From Euprymna scolopes (lineage: Eukaryota), in assembly GCA_053919585.1 (NCBI GenBank), contig CM132787.1: a stretch of 64,000 nt of DNA; one strand, given 5' to 3'. The notes beneath the pieces were generated by a model. That model made no database searches and was not told where the DNA came from. It saw only the letters and a list, made by a program, of their open reading frames with translations. Position 1 is the stretch's first letter. Every line of letters begins with the position of its first letter. A program made the position numbers and the translations under genes. This document shows, piece after piece, positions 1 to 13,555 of the stretch.

Positions 1-1234
1 CTTTTTTAAATAATGGAAGTCAAACCTAGTTCTCTAATTATTTTTAGAAAACGTTTAAATTCACCTTTTAAATAGCAACAATGTAGCAATTTCCCTGAAT
101 CAATGCCGAAATCTTTCGGTTGTTAGAGTAATAAATATTAACAATATTTTACAACGTCAGCTAATTTGGGAAACGATAAAGCCGGGGTTAAATTAAACAA
201 CTTTTCATAGTTGTTGGTTCTGCTTCAGTAACCCTTCTAGATGACTGTTTTTTTAATAATACAGTAAATTTGTTTCTCTTTCCAACATTCTTCATTACAG
301 TAATTTTATACTTAAATTGTTTTCTGAGATTAGTTTATTGCTCTATTTTTTTATCCTGTGCTTTTTTTATTAGTGCATTTCTCTCTTCACTTTCACTTGC
401 ATCTCGTTTTTCTGTTGTAAACATCAGATAAGTCATAACATTAATTTTATCTCCTTTATCTACGTTACGTTTTGTGTCTAGATTATTAGACACACTTACG
501 CCCGAATTTGTCTCTTTGCGGCTAAATTCTTCGAGACACTTACGGCTTATGTGCTGTCTTAATAACTCAGCAATTTTGGACTAGAATATTCGAGACAGTT
601 ATGGTTAACACCTAACCAAACGGGTATATGTAACATCTCAAATGTACTAAAAGCAAAACATAAATAAATCCGATTCGGTTTATTTATGTTTTTGCAAAAG
701 GCAACAATATGTACTATTTGTTTTTTTTTTTCTAACTAGTTATTTAGTCTGCCACGAGAGTTCAACTCATGCTGCCTCAACAATGGCTTAAGAGTCTCTT
801 GTCACCATTATGAGGCAAAACGCTCATCTCAGCCAGCTCGTGTTTTTGTTTCTCTCATCTCGCAAGCTAGTTATTCTACATCAACGTCTGCTATTTTTTA
901 CGCACCCATACGTGCTCTGCTACATACCTTTTTCCGAAAATGTATTTACAAGAATTTAATTAATCCAGCTTGAAGTGATAAAAGAAAACTCGAAAGTCCA
1001 CGCACTAAAACATGAATAAATTGTTTTGGTGTATGGGCTGGTCAAATTAATATTTTATATACAATTTTCGTAAGAAATGCCTTACCTTATATATGTTTTT
1101 TCTTTGTAAAAATAAAAGACTTCTCCCGAGTTTTGTAATATGTAAAAACAATGACTTAATACGTTGATCGAAAATAAAACTCAGTTCTCTTTTCAAATAA
1201 AGGTAATGTATGGTTTTTTCAATTTTTTGTTCAG

Positions 1235-1266
1235 ATATTATATGGGAGCGGTGTGGATGTGTTTAA
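1235..1266 (+). other. Possible terminal coding exon (xIIWERCGCV*), resembling a TGF-beta/cystine-knot C-terminus
   Basis: Pyrimidine tract + CAG acceptor (ttttttgttcag, ends 1234), then AT ATT ATA TGG GAG CGG TGT GGA TGT GTT TAA; AATAAA at 1338-1343. Only 10 codons and no upstream exon found. Confidence 0.25.
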
Positions 1267-1877
1267 GCTTGGTTATGCAAGAATACTGCATTAAATGTTA
1301 AAAATATGTTCTAAATAAGTTAATTCATGCAACAGCTAATAAAAGTTTGAATAGGTTTTAATCTTTTTCTTATTCCTGAGTCTGTAAATTTACCAATATT
1401 AAAAGGAATATTTTTATTTTGGTAATAATATTATTCCTTGCTTTTGGATAATCTGCCGAACACAATTGTTATAATGTTAATTGTGTTCCAAGATACATTT
1501 ATGCATATATGTTTTTGTGTGAATTTGTGTAGTACTATCGCTCCCCAGGAGGGTTACTTGGTTGATGAACGTCTTGGGAATGCAACCAGTTCCACGGGGA
1601 ATGAACGATATCCAACGATATCTAAACGATAGGCATATTCTGGAAACACAAGGAAACGGGTCGATCCGTCGTCGACTATAACTGTTTGGTACGGGTCGCA
1701 TTATGTGTGGTCATTGCAGGAATCTTCCCATCGTCGCTTGTTGCGTGTTCATTGCAGCTTTCTGTCGTCGGCATTAATGGTATGCTGAAATCGAACACTT
1801 GTATGAAAACAGCGACAAAATACATTTTATAAAAATATATATAATTTATTAAACAGTTAACAAGTTAGGAAACATAT

Positions 1878-2220
1878 TTAGTCGACCCATCGCGTACAGC
1901 GACAAATCTCAACTGTCTTTACAACAATCAAATTATAGTTAATTTCTCTCTTTCTTCATTGAAAAAGAGAGAAAGGAAGTCAATGAGAGAAATAGAGAAA
2001 GAAAGAGTGAGAGAATGAGAGAGAGAAATATGCTTTTCACACAATGTTTTAGTTTTCAACTTCAGATATCCGCGTGTAAATCTGACCGCTAAAAGTTTCA
2101 TAACACCTGTCACTCAAACCCAACCGACATGATGTAACGTTCCCAAACTCAAAAAACACCTGCATGAAACGTTTATAACTGCATCACAAAGTCAGGCACA
2201 AGGTTAGAAACTAGATATAG
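1878..2220 (-). mobile_element. Possible non-autonomous Helitron-like fragment
   Basis: Minus-strand 3' end has a small hairpin (gtcgctgtacgcgat) followed by ...gactaa; internal GA-rich tract; the other end reads ctatatctag. Confidence 0.25.
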
Positions 2221-3419
2221 GGGTTATTAATGTAGCAGCCCCCAGCTCCCTTAAGAGGGGATACGTTATTGTGCCACATTTGGTGTTCTTTTTTGGTCGT
2301 GCTGTTGCCCTTCTTCTCTTACATCAACCCTCGATTCCTTCTCCGCATCCTCTCAGGCATTAGAATTATACATCTTTCTGCTCGTCTGATATATTTTGCA
2401 CCAACTACATGAATAGTTTTTCTTTAGTTGAAACTTCCTCTTTAAAATTTTTGACTAAAATAGTTTTCATAAGTTTTTCCAAGTCTTGTGACTCATTGGT
2501 CCCTATTGCTCAGTTCTTTTAAACGAGATTATTAGAGATAACCCTAGTTAATCTAATCCTTTGTTTTGTTAATGGGACCTTTTTGTTTCTTAACGATTCA
2601 ACCCCTGTTGAGCGAGATTGTTCAATACAATTTTAGCCTATTTTGTCTCTAAAGTGCACAGTGTTTTTGTACGAGATTATCCGAGACAATTACTGTTCAC
2701 ACCTTACTCAACGAGCCATAAGCATTTTCCGTGCCCTCAAATTCATCAAAAATCAATATTATACAAAAAATATGGCAATTTCTCCTTTACTTGTCACAAT
2801 ATGTTTTTGGTCTTGTTATTAAACGTCATCAGTTCAATATAATGCGAGCGCTGATAATTCACTCACTACTCTCTAATTCCCACTCATCCTTAAGCTTATT
2901 CGTTTGGTAATCGACCCATAAAATATTCAGGCACTAACTTTTAATAGCCACGTTACATTTCATGCCCGGTAAATTTGATGCGCGTCCGAATTCTTTTTCA
3001 ACTTTTAGACTGTATACAGCAAAAAATTCGTCGCTATTTACATTCTCCATCTCTATATCCGAGGACTGTGAGCAAGCAAATGCTTAGTAGGCATTTTTTA
3101 CGACAGTGGCAATCAAATCTGTTGCGCCTCATCGTCAAAAAGCGTGTCAGTTTAAAATAATAAATGTTTTTATGCTAAGCGTATTATCTAACCCCCACGC
3201 TCTTGCTTATAAGGTATTTACAAAACTAGAACGACGAAAAATATTATTATTTCAGTGTTTTGTATTTACTGATCAGCATACGCCTCCAATATAGACAAAG
3301 TTTACGAGAAATAGACAAAACACTTCTCCAGAATCCCGCTTAATAGCAAAAACAGACAACATTTCTACCGCCCCAAGCACAAACGGGCTTAAAAGTACAT
3401 ATCCAGAACGTTAAATAAG

Positions 3420-4420
3420 ATCTATGTTCCGTGTTGGGCGCCCAGTACGCAAAATTACTACGGAATACGAGAATAAACAAAATAAACACACTTCCGAATA
3501 TCTGTTACAAGCCCTGTTAAAACAGCAAACAGAAAGATGGATGGACGTGATAGAAAATGGAGACCTTACTCGATGCAGGCGACCTTTCTGGCGCACGATC
3601 AAAAAACTAGATCCTGAAAAGTCGAACCCCAAATCAGCATTACCGATAGGAACTGACAGAATTACACAATACCTTAGATCCATGAAGCAAATCCCAGACA
3701 ATAACTTAGACAGCTCTATCATGAGGAATCTTAAACAAACCCTAAGAACGCCATCAGCGTGGAACCGTACCCTAAATGCACACATACCACCCACAGAATT
3801 AAAAAAAAAATCAACAACAAACAATATGGCAAAGCCTCAGGTGTGGATGGGCTTTTCTCGATATGATCACGAACCTTGACATCATTGACTTCACAGATCA
3901 CCTCTCACTACTGGAGACACACCAAAATAATAGCAGTTCTTCGAGGCCGGAAAACGAGCTTATGGGCTAGCAAGCTACAATGCTGTCTCTCTACTAAGTT
4001 TCCTCTACAAACTACTAGAGAGAATCAACCTGACAAGACAGGCTCACTTCCTAAACTTACGTATCTCAAAACAATAAGCTTCGGGCAGAATAAAATAAAA
4101 TAAGATTGCCAAAAGACACAACTACATAAAAATGTAGCCGTAACGCGGTTGGGAGTATTCAAAACCGTACTCATAATAACAAATTGGACACTGCTACAGT
4201 GCTGCAAAATATTGCGCCCTAGTATGGTCTCGGAGCTAACACACAATATAAATTGGAAATAAAATCAGAGAAACTATGCATATTACCTCAACATGTCTGA
4301 AGTCAACCCCAACACAATGGCTATTAATAGCAAACTCAATCGCACGACCCCACATAAGGAGGGAAGAGGTAATTCAAAAACGGATTCAAAGCATCAAAAA
4401 CACACCAGGGACTTAACAAG
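3420..4420 (+). mobile_element. Degenerate LINE ORF2 fragment (Ingi/Jockey-group-like)
   Basis: ORF 3424-3879 has the pre-RT segment ERWMDVIENGDLTRCRRPFWRTIKKLDP, followed by frameshifted RT-entry-like sequence (WRHTKIIAVL); many stops. Confidence 0.45.
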
Positions 4421-5503
4421 CCAACATTTTAAAGGTTCTCCAACTCGCCCATACTGAAGTCCCCAACGCCGATATACAACTGAAAAATGTTTGATTCCTT
4501 CTTTTTGAACTGTTTATGTTGCTTGTCATGATATTTACAAAACCCCACCGTTCTGCCGTTCTGACACCAGCTTTAAAGAAGCTCCTCATCAGCGTATGGC
4601 AACATATTTATCACACCCGGTGCGTTTTTCTTCTCTCATCATGCTGGCATCGCCAGCCATTTTTCGCCTTCGACTTTACATATTCATCTTCCCTTGGAAC
4701 GAACTTGGCTTCCCTTAACCTCATGCTTGCATTAGCCAGGAATTTCTCGCCTTCCATTTTACACCTCTATCTTCTTCGACGCAGACTTTGTTCTCCCCAT
4801 GATTCCGTGGAGTATTATTTCTGTTTTTTCTTCTAAGCAAGCCCGCGCATATTTCCCAATCAACATAGGTGTTTTTTTCAGTTACTGTTGCTAATATCTT
4901 GGCAAGACATTAAGCTCCTGTTGATATTTGTACAATGGGCTGATACGCGCACCGCCTAAGTGACACATTATTTGTGTTTCTTACGTAAACTGCTACCAAC
5001 ATATAATGCAACAATTATTGCATTTCTCTTTTTGTCGCAATGCTTTCTGTATTTCGGTGGTAGCCAATCGATAATTTTGTTTATTCACTTACTACTTTTA
5101 CTTTCATTAAATATTTTGTTTGTAAACTTTAATCATTAGACGCTTCGTAACGAACTTGCGTTTAATGTTTATTGCTCATAGATATGTTACATTCGATCAC
5201 TAGGAAATCTGATTTGTTGTTCGAATTCCCCCACACAAGTTCGTTTCAATTAAGAACAAACTCGTTACACACATATTTCCTTTATCCGAGGATTCTGTTG
5301 AGCTTTCGGGTGAACGGAACCTAGGTATTTCTACTGAGAAATAATCAATAGACGAATATAATCAATAGACTAATAGTTATAATTACAATAAATTATTTTG
5401 AGTTACAAAGAAATTAAAGAGTAATGTTCAAAGGATGTGTTCATTAAAAAGAGGTTAATCTCACTTGGACTATTTTTGGTTCATAATAGGGTAGAGATTT
5501 ATT

Positions 5504-6180
5504 TGCTGCCCACCTAAGCAAAATGTGGCACAAGGCCGGAAAGTGGGAAACCAGCAGGCTCCCCTAAAGAAGGGGTACTCCTGCAATTGTAAAAATTGCC
5601 TGAGTAACCCCGTCGGCATTCCCCGGTCGGGCGCCTCAGGCAGTAAGCAATGAACTGACTCAAGCCTCAGTCAAACAGGTGTTGGGCCGGTTCCGGCCCC
5701 TCACCTGTTGGGGTGAGGGTCAAGTGACGAATCATTGACGAGTACTTCTACCCTGTATCCCTGCAGCTGAAGCCGCTAGGAGACACATCCCATCATGAGA
5801 GATTCCTAATGGGGTATATATTTAAATGCTGCCCATATCAGCATTATGTCGCACAAGGCCGGAAAGTGGGAACCCCGCAGGCTCCCCTAAAGAAGGGGCA
5901 CTCCTGCAATTTTAATAATTGCCTGAGTAACCCCGTCGGAATTCTCCGGTCGGAGCGCCTCAGGAAGCAAGCAATAAACTTGCCCCACCGGTAAGCACCG
6001 GTGGCAAGGCCTGGGAGGGTGGACGGCGTCCAACAGGTGCTGGGCCGGGTCCCGGCCTCTCGCCTGTTGGGCGGAGTGTCAACTGACGAATCCTTGATGT
6101 GTACAACCCTATCGCCCTGCAGTCGAAGCCGCAAGGAGACACATCCCATCATACAAGGTTGTATAATGGGGTATCCTCCC
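5504..6180. repeat. Two diverged tandem copies (5504-5826, 5827-~6180) of a GC-rich, hairpin-dense ~325-355 bp unit; putative structured-RNA element
   Basis: Both copies start tgctgccca and share gcacaaggccggaaagtgggaa, gcaggctcccctaaagaagggg, cctgagtaaccccgtcgg, aacaggtg..ggccgg..ccggcc..cctgtt and ggagacacatcccatcat..aatgggg; at least six stem-loops per unit. Confidence 0.85.
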
Positions 6181-6799
6181 TGAAAGTTGGGGTATTCTAT
6201 TTATGAACACTGACGATAGAAACTGACTAATCAAAATCATTTACGTTCTATTATCAACCAATCAGAAATCAGAATTGCTCCATAAGAATTGACTCTTTTA
6301 AGCATTCCAGCAAATATTTCTTCGTGTCAACACAATATTGATCTTTTGTACTTTGTTTGCAAAATTCTAATTTCCAGAACATGTACAGAACACCGAGCCA
6401 CTAAATTCATCCTATCAAGAACTTGTATTGAATGGCAACTTACCGGATAAACTTCTGAAATTAAACATCGCTTTTAATTACAAATGGGCCAAACGGGAGA
6501 CTTTACTTCGATGGATCTGTATCAAAATTCGAATTGTACAAAAGTAATTAAGATACAGAAATAGTCCTGAATCTATTGTAACTGTCTTTGAGGAATTAAT
6601 AAAATGCTAAGATGAAAGTAGCCTATATTTGGTAATGTGAGAAGCCTTTTACGATGGCTGCAAGAATATTATAAGAGAGAATTAGTTATCGAAAGGAAAA
6701 ACTGAAAATCATTTCTTTATATACTTAACTCTCATCTTTAAAACGGGCAAAAGCCGAGCCGATTACACATTGTATTATAAGAGCCGAAACAATAGCAAA

Positions 6800-7330
6800 T
6801 TAATTAAAAATATCTGGCGAATTTTTTACCGTTAGTCTCCATGATATTAAAGGGTACCGAGTGGTTTGAAGCCGTTTACGATAGTAAGACCTCAAAAACA
6901 ACACAACAAAACAAAATAGTCGTTTCAACGTAGCATTAAGGAGCTAAGAGGAACCTAAGAAAATTATTACAGAAATAAAAATCTAATCTACTATAAAATT
7001 AAAAAATGGCCACTTACAAGAATCAAAATAAAATAATACCTTTACCTCGATTAAAAGCTGCAACATTTCCAAAAACAAAGAATAGAACAAACATTATTTA
7101 CTATAAGTGTGGACACACCAATCATATGAAAAAGACCGAATTCAAACTCCCCTGAAGAAAACTATTTATACACGCTCGAAATGATAAAACGGCAGGTCTG
7201 TATATCGAAGAAGAAACAGAAAAATAATTTAAAGAAAACCATGTCGTTCGCTCCTTGGAATCTAGCTGTTGACAACTCTTATATTCGTTGCTGTCTTTTT
7301 AGTAGTATCCCTCTCGTCTTTCAGCGTGTT
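6800..7330 (+). mobile_element. Highly degenerate gag-like remnant
   Basis: Decayed zinc knuckle YKCGHTNHMKK near 7100; no ORF remains. Confidence 0.25.
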
Positions 7331-8332
7331 AATAAATGCGCTGCATTGTGTACATATGTTTCAATATAAGCTCGTGTGTTTGTATATTTTTTTTTTGCTT
7401 TATTTCACACCCTTATATCTTTCCAGCTCGATAATGCCAGACGTACGACGTATCAACTAATTTGAGGGAAATTTCTGATAACTATTACATGCCTAAATAA
7501 TAAGAGAACCATATCTTGTACAATTGTGATTGACGGCCGTTTATGATACAACAAACACTTAATGGGTCTACAAACACTAGACTGTAGATTACTGACTACG
7601 CGTCATTTCGAACCAGTGATCTAAAAAGTTTATATTGTAACTTAGGTGCTGAATGGACAGTTCTTTTTTGCTACAGCTACAGTGCAGCCGTTACGTCTTT
7701 ATTTCATAAAGAAGTTCAGTTTCATGATTAAAAGATAATGTTACGTACACGTCAGGTTTATTAGTTGGCCGCCAAACAATTTTGTTTTCCATTTGTTTAA
7801 AATCATATTTAAATTTAAAGATTAGTATATCTGGGCCCGGTCTTAGATTTACATGAATTTAAGCAAATTACGAAAAAGGACAGGACGTGTTATTCCTTTT
7901 CTTATTCATTGTGAATTTTTTTTAATCCGTAAAATAAAAAAAAAAACTAGATCTATTTAGTATTTTAAGCTGAGGGTCGAATACCCAAATAATATATTCA
8001 CAACAAATATAGGTTCAAGTAAGAATTTGGACTCCAAACTTATATTTAAAACCAAATAAACTATTTGCTAAATTAAATTCGAATGTTATAATTTCTGATA
8101 TGATATTACATAACCGATTCGTAATACTAGTATTTTTCTAGTATTATTATTATATTACCGGTTAATTAAAGTCCTCATAAACAACAAAACATCAAAAGTC
8201 AAGCAGAAAAATTAAAAAAAAAACAATCAACCAATACTAACAATTGTTTTCTCCATGTTTCCGACCCGGATTGTTCCGTTGTTCTCTCCATTTTTTGCTA
8301 CTACATTCTCTAGTGCGGTAACATTTTTAATA

Positions 8333-8375
<43 letters not shown>

Positions 8376-10713
8376 TGAACGTTTACTGTGGAAAGTCTGC
8401 ATTTATGACGCCAAATAATCTAATCTCTAACGTAATCGTTACATTTTATTTTATAACCTAAAACCATCTAAAGGAGCAAGAAATAAAATTCGAGTCAGCT
8501 TTTTTTAATCCAAATGAAAAGTATTGCTTAACAGAAATGTTAAAGGAACGCATTATATTTTGTTTTAAATGTTTGTTCGCCATTTAGTAAAAAAAAAAAA
8601 ACAACAGAAGAAACTCTACCGTGTCGAACATGTGCTTTTTTCTTCTGCCGCGTTTAAACGTCTGCGTATCCGATCACAACGCTAGTTTTAAATGCTCACG
8701 CAGGCCCCTTTTTCATCGCTATGTCGCCACATCGTTTTTTTTTTTTTACCTCTCTATTCTTCTCGCTATTATGTCTGCAATTCGCGCTAGGACACGCAGT
8801 CGTGTCCCTATTTTTATCCGGCTTGCATCTTGCCTTAAAAATTTCTCTCGAACTGACTCCAGCTTCTAAGTTGTCTGTTCGTCCACGTGGTTCTTTTTTA
8901 CTCAGTTTGTCCTTTTTTTCTTTTTCTCCGTTGTGTCGTCAGCTTCCGCCACGGGTGTCCCATTCGCATTGTTACAGACATACGTATATATTTATTTGCG
9001 TGTTTGTGTATAATTTGATGTTTCTATTTGTTCTGATATGTTTCTTCTTTGATACGTGTATGTTTATACGCGGTTACCAAACCCGTTACTTAGAAGCATG
9101 TAAGAGAATCGAGTAATTTAAAATACTTGTATTTATTTCTACAATTCCCCTAGCAAAGCAGGTTGACGTTCTCATAGCACTTACCCATTAGGGTGTAATA
9201 CTTTTATAAAGCACCACGAGCCATTAGAATCAAATCTATTGAAAACAGAATTATTCTATTATCTATAGAAACTTAAAGTTGAAACAATACTCGCCTTGCA
9301 GCTCACTGAAAAAGTCAGGTGAAAAAGCTATTCAATTGTTTCCAGAGAGACAGTTTTTTTTAAAATATTTTTTCAGAACAATAAGTTCTTTGTTTCGCTC
9401 GTGTTCAGTTCTTAATCGGAAGGGCCCCCAGCGTAAAAAATCCATGTTCTTATATTTATACACTTTTTTTTATAGAAGACATTATGCAATTTCAAGAATA
9501 TCGACAATGTTAACATAAATATTTAAACTATATTAATAAATATTTTCGTAATGTTCAGGAATATTTTACCAAATGTATATAATAGTTTAATAAGTTGCAA
9601 ATAGTATTACAAATACTTATATATATTTATTTAGATAATCATTTTCATAATTATAATGATGAAGATAAAAGCAGAGAATAACACATGAAAATTTGATTTT
9701 TTTCTCGGTGAAATTTATATATAATCTTAATTTTGTTTTCGTGTCTATGCACAATTTAAAATATGCGCCCTCGTTCACTAGACTGGATGAATCGTTTATT
9801 GGATATGAATAACATCTGCTATATCGCATGGGTTATTGACAGCGTTTTGTCGTTAATATTTCAAAAGAATATAATGTTTATTAAATGTATAACGTAAACA
9901 ATCAGCCGAATGTATAAAAGTTGATAAAAGCCTTTTAAAATGCAATAAAAGAGACATCCACAGAAAAGGTACGAGAGTCCGTATCTTAAGATATGCGAGT
10001 TAATATCTCCATTTTTAAACTGGACAACATTATTCCGTATGCAGCCACAATGTTTGCTAGTTTAAGGCAACATTCCATCTGTAGGGGTTCGATTACTTCG
10101 AAAGTAAACAACACAAATTCCACTTTAAGTTTCTGGGTCTATGCAACTAATGATCATTCGCAGATGTTAAAAAATAAAGTATAAATATGTGACTCTTAGG
10201 AAGTAGTGATATACCATATGTAGAAGCTATGCACATAAGACGAACCACAAAACGAATTGAATTGTTAGAGAATAAAGGTGCAAACTAAAAACGAGATTTA
10301 TGAGCAATGTAAATTATTAAATGACTTAAAATGTTATAATTTTGATCTGATTCCACTCGTTCATAAAAAATCTGGTTCAGCAGTTGTTTGCATAAACTAA
10401 GTCGCACTCATACTGTTCAACAATATAATAGTGTTTTTATAAAAATATCCACAACTCTCTATCTTCTTATTGATCTATTTTTGTATGTGTCTATTTTTTA
10501 GTATCTTATGTGCGCGTGCAGCTGTGTGCATAGGAAAGTGGGTGTATGTATACACATGATGTAAAATGTTCCACCCAAAAATGTACGCGAGATAGTGAAG
10601 ATATTTTTCTCTAACACTATATAGACATTGCATTTTATGATGTATGAATAATAAAACTATGAGGAAAATCCATACTGACACTTAAAAATGATATATGTAT
10701 TAAAAAGACCAAA

Positions 10714-10946
10714 TCGTAATATTTTAATACCGTGGTGAGATTGGAGGCACCGCGNNNNNNNNNNNNNNNNNNNNNNNNNNNNNNNNNNNNNNNNNNNNNN
10801 NNNNNNNNNNNNNNNNNNNNNNNNNNNNNNNNNNNNNNNNNNNNNNNNNNNNNNNNNNNNNNNNNNNNNNNNNNNNNNNNNNNNNNNNNNNNNNNNNNNN
10901 NNNCAGCACGGCGCCGTGAATCTCATCACGGTATTAAAATTTACGA
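10714..10946. mobile_element. MITE-like inverted repeat spanning an N gap
   Basis: tcgtaatattttaataccgtggtgagatt (10714-10742) versus aatctcatcacggtattaaaatttacga (10919-10946); the interior is mostly Ns. Confidence 0.5.
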
Positions 10947-10959
10947 CTTTGTTCTTTTG

Positions 10960-10961
<2 letters not shown>

Positions 10962-11021
<60 letters not shown>

Positions 11022-11084
11022 AGAGAGGGGGAAAGAGAGAGAAAGAAATAGAGGCAGGCAATCACACGCGTACAAACACAAATA

Positions 11085-11123
<39 letters not shown>

Positions 11124-11125
11124 TG
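10962..11125. repeat. (TA)n, GA-rich and (TG)n microsatellite cluster
   Basis: Directly visible. Confidence 0.95.
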
Positions 11126-11485
11126 TGACAGAATTAAACTTAAAAATGAATTTCTAAAGATAAGACAAACCAATCCGGATAAAAAAAGATCTACATTAGG
11201 GGGAAATTAAAAAGTATAATTCGTTACATAATAATTAGTAAAATTACATAAGAACATTACTTTATTGTAAATCTAATAAATGGATGAAAAAGGGAAATCG
11301 GAAAGGTTTCTTCTCATTTCAACTTCCTCTACCCCTTATAGACTTCAGAATGTAATGAAGACCACATGTAACTTTACTCTTTATTCTGTATACTAATTCT
11401 CTTTTTCACTCTCTCCTTCGCTCTCTATCTCTTTCTCCCTCTCCCTCTCTCTCTCTCTCGCTTTCTGTCTCTCTCTATCTACATA

Positions 11486-11526
<41 letters not shown>

Positions 11527-13555
11527 TATATAAGCATATGTTCTTTAACTTTATTAGATTATCATGTCGATAAAGATAAGGTCGATACCCATAATTTAAA
11601 AAAAATAAGGGGAAAACAGTTTTTCTCCTGACATTTTAAAGCTAAATATATCAGATTCCAAGAAAATTTTGCGTTATATAAAGGTATGGGCAGAATAGAT
11701 AAACCCGATTGTATATACATTTTAGGTTACAAATGTAATAATAAAAGTAGATGCAATGAAAGATGATGAAGGCAAAACATTTCAACGGTAAAAGAAGAAT
11801 AAAGCAAGTAAAGAGGACTGACGTCGGGTAGTGCAATATTTAATAAGAAAAAAGATGTAAATAATAGTTTGGGTAAATACTAAGAGCATGAAGGCGATCC
11901 GGCATTTAAAGGGATTCTATTCAGGAAAATATTGCATTTACGCAAGGTTTGTAAAAAGATAAGTCCCCCCCCCCCGAAAATAAAACCCTAATAAACACAT
12001 TCTTTATGTGAAAATATTTATTAAAACGCCCAATCTTATTCCTTCAGTGAACGTGAAAACCTGCGTAAGCTAATGATGTTTTTAATGAATCAGTAAACCG
12101 TGTCTATAATACGTATCCGTGTATATAATCGATGTAGACCAGGTGTAACGCTTTGATGTAATGTTTAGAGGAATATTTAAAAAAAAATATGGAACATGTA
12201 AACTGACCGATCTAAAATATTTCTGAAAAAGGCCTAACGTTTTACGTAAGACATTCGTTATGAGTGTTTTAGATACTAAAGTGAAAATAGTGAATGATAG
12301 AAAGGAGAAGGAAAGGAACGTGGAAGCACTTTAATTGTAAATTCGAAAGTTATATTTCTGAAAAATGTCGTAAACAACTAAAAACTTTGGTCGTAATAAT
12401 AACGTAAAAATATACTTTAGAAATTTCACAAAGAATAAGTTGGACGAAAAAAAGACGAAAAAACAGCAGCAGCGGAAGAAGAAGAAGAAATAAAAGAATA
12501 CCAGCTGAGTAAAAATCAAAACCAACTGGCTGATAGCCAGTCATACAAAAACGTGTTTATTTACGAACGTTGGGAGCGAGGCAATAAAATAAACTCCATT
12601 CATAGTGATGTATTAGCTTCATGGTAACAAGACGCACGCGAATTAAAGTTAAAAAATAGCTGGAACAGTTAAAGTAAACTTCTTAAAACAGCAATTCATT
12701 TTTTATTTTTTCTGCAAACATTTTGCTTCAGCTAACGTGTCTTATAGTGAAACCGAAATGGATTTTTCCGTGTTTGAAAATAGCATTCCCTTAATCGAAG
12801 TAATACAACGTCTAACGGTAATGTATTGGTACAAGTGCTATAATGTCATTCTGGTGAAAACAGAACTGAAATTGAAAGCCAACGTAATATGCATGCAAGT
12901 AATGAATTAATGTAATTAAATAATGAACCGATGTCTCTTAGCTAATATTATGGCGAAGAATAGAAGAAAGGATTAAGAAATCGAGTAAAATGGGTGATTA
13001 TAACGTAGTAATGCAACAGCAGTGACAGCGTCGGTTCAATAAATAAAATAGAACATTTAAAGAAAGTTAAAGAAATCGGTGTATTCTTACAGAGAAATCA
13101 CCACGCCACTACAAGTTTTGAAAGATAAGTGCGAAAAATTTTTACATTAATTCTTTAGATAGTGTCTTATAATTGAAATTGTTAAATAGAATGAGACTCA
13201 GCACTTGCACAAGCCAACTTCTAAAAGGTACGCAATTACAAAGGAGAATTCCACTATATGAAATAAAAAACTTAACTACAATTGCAAATTAGAAAAATAA
13301 GATCATCATCTGCTTACCATGTAGCTGTTACCGAGATTTTAAAGAGGACAGCTATATATAATGCATAGATCTCCAGTGGAAAATATAACTTCTCCAATAA
13401 CACAATGTAGACGGTTTCCATTTATACTCATATATAAAAGTAATGAGATATTAAAAATATACATAAATAAATTTAATAATAGTAACAAGATTATAAGATG
13501 TATTCTGCGACTTATTCATTAGAATATATACGAGAATAAAAAATGCAAAAAAGCT

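Noticed and set aside
1545-1790. GC-richer island with splice-like sites as a coding exon
   Set aside because: Every frame I translated contains stops within the candidate exon, and no domain is recognisable.
6096-6150. HDV-like ribozyme on - (GUC-UCCUUGC-GGC looks like P3/L3; GAUGUG/CACAUC like P2)
   Set aside because: No P1 partner, no J4/2 catalytic C motif, and P2 is not kept in copy 1.
6115-6183. Hairpin ribozyme on + (CGAA-GCCGC..AGACACA..GUAUCCUC resembles loops A and B)
   Set aside because: Loop B deviates from AGAAACA/GUAUAUUAC, no NGUC substrate strand pairs correctly, and the 3' side is not conserved in copy 1.
5809-6183. Short overlapping ORFs over the structured repeat
   Set aside because: Explained by high GC content; frames are not preserved between the two copies.
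10657-11173. ORFs with YIYIYI, HTHT or X runs (also near 8.3, 33.0, 53.2, 55.3 and 61.6 kb)
   Set aside because: Translations of microsatellites and N gaps.
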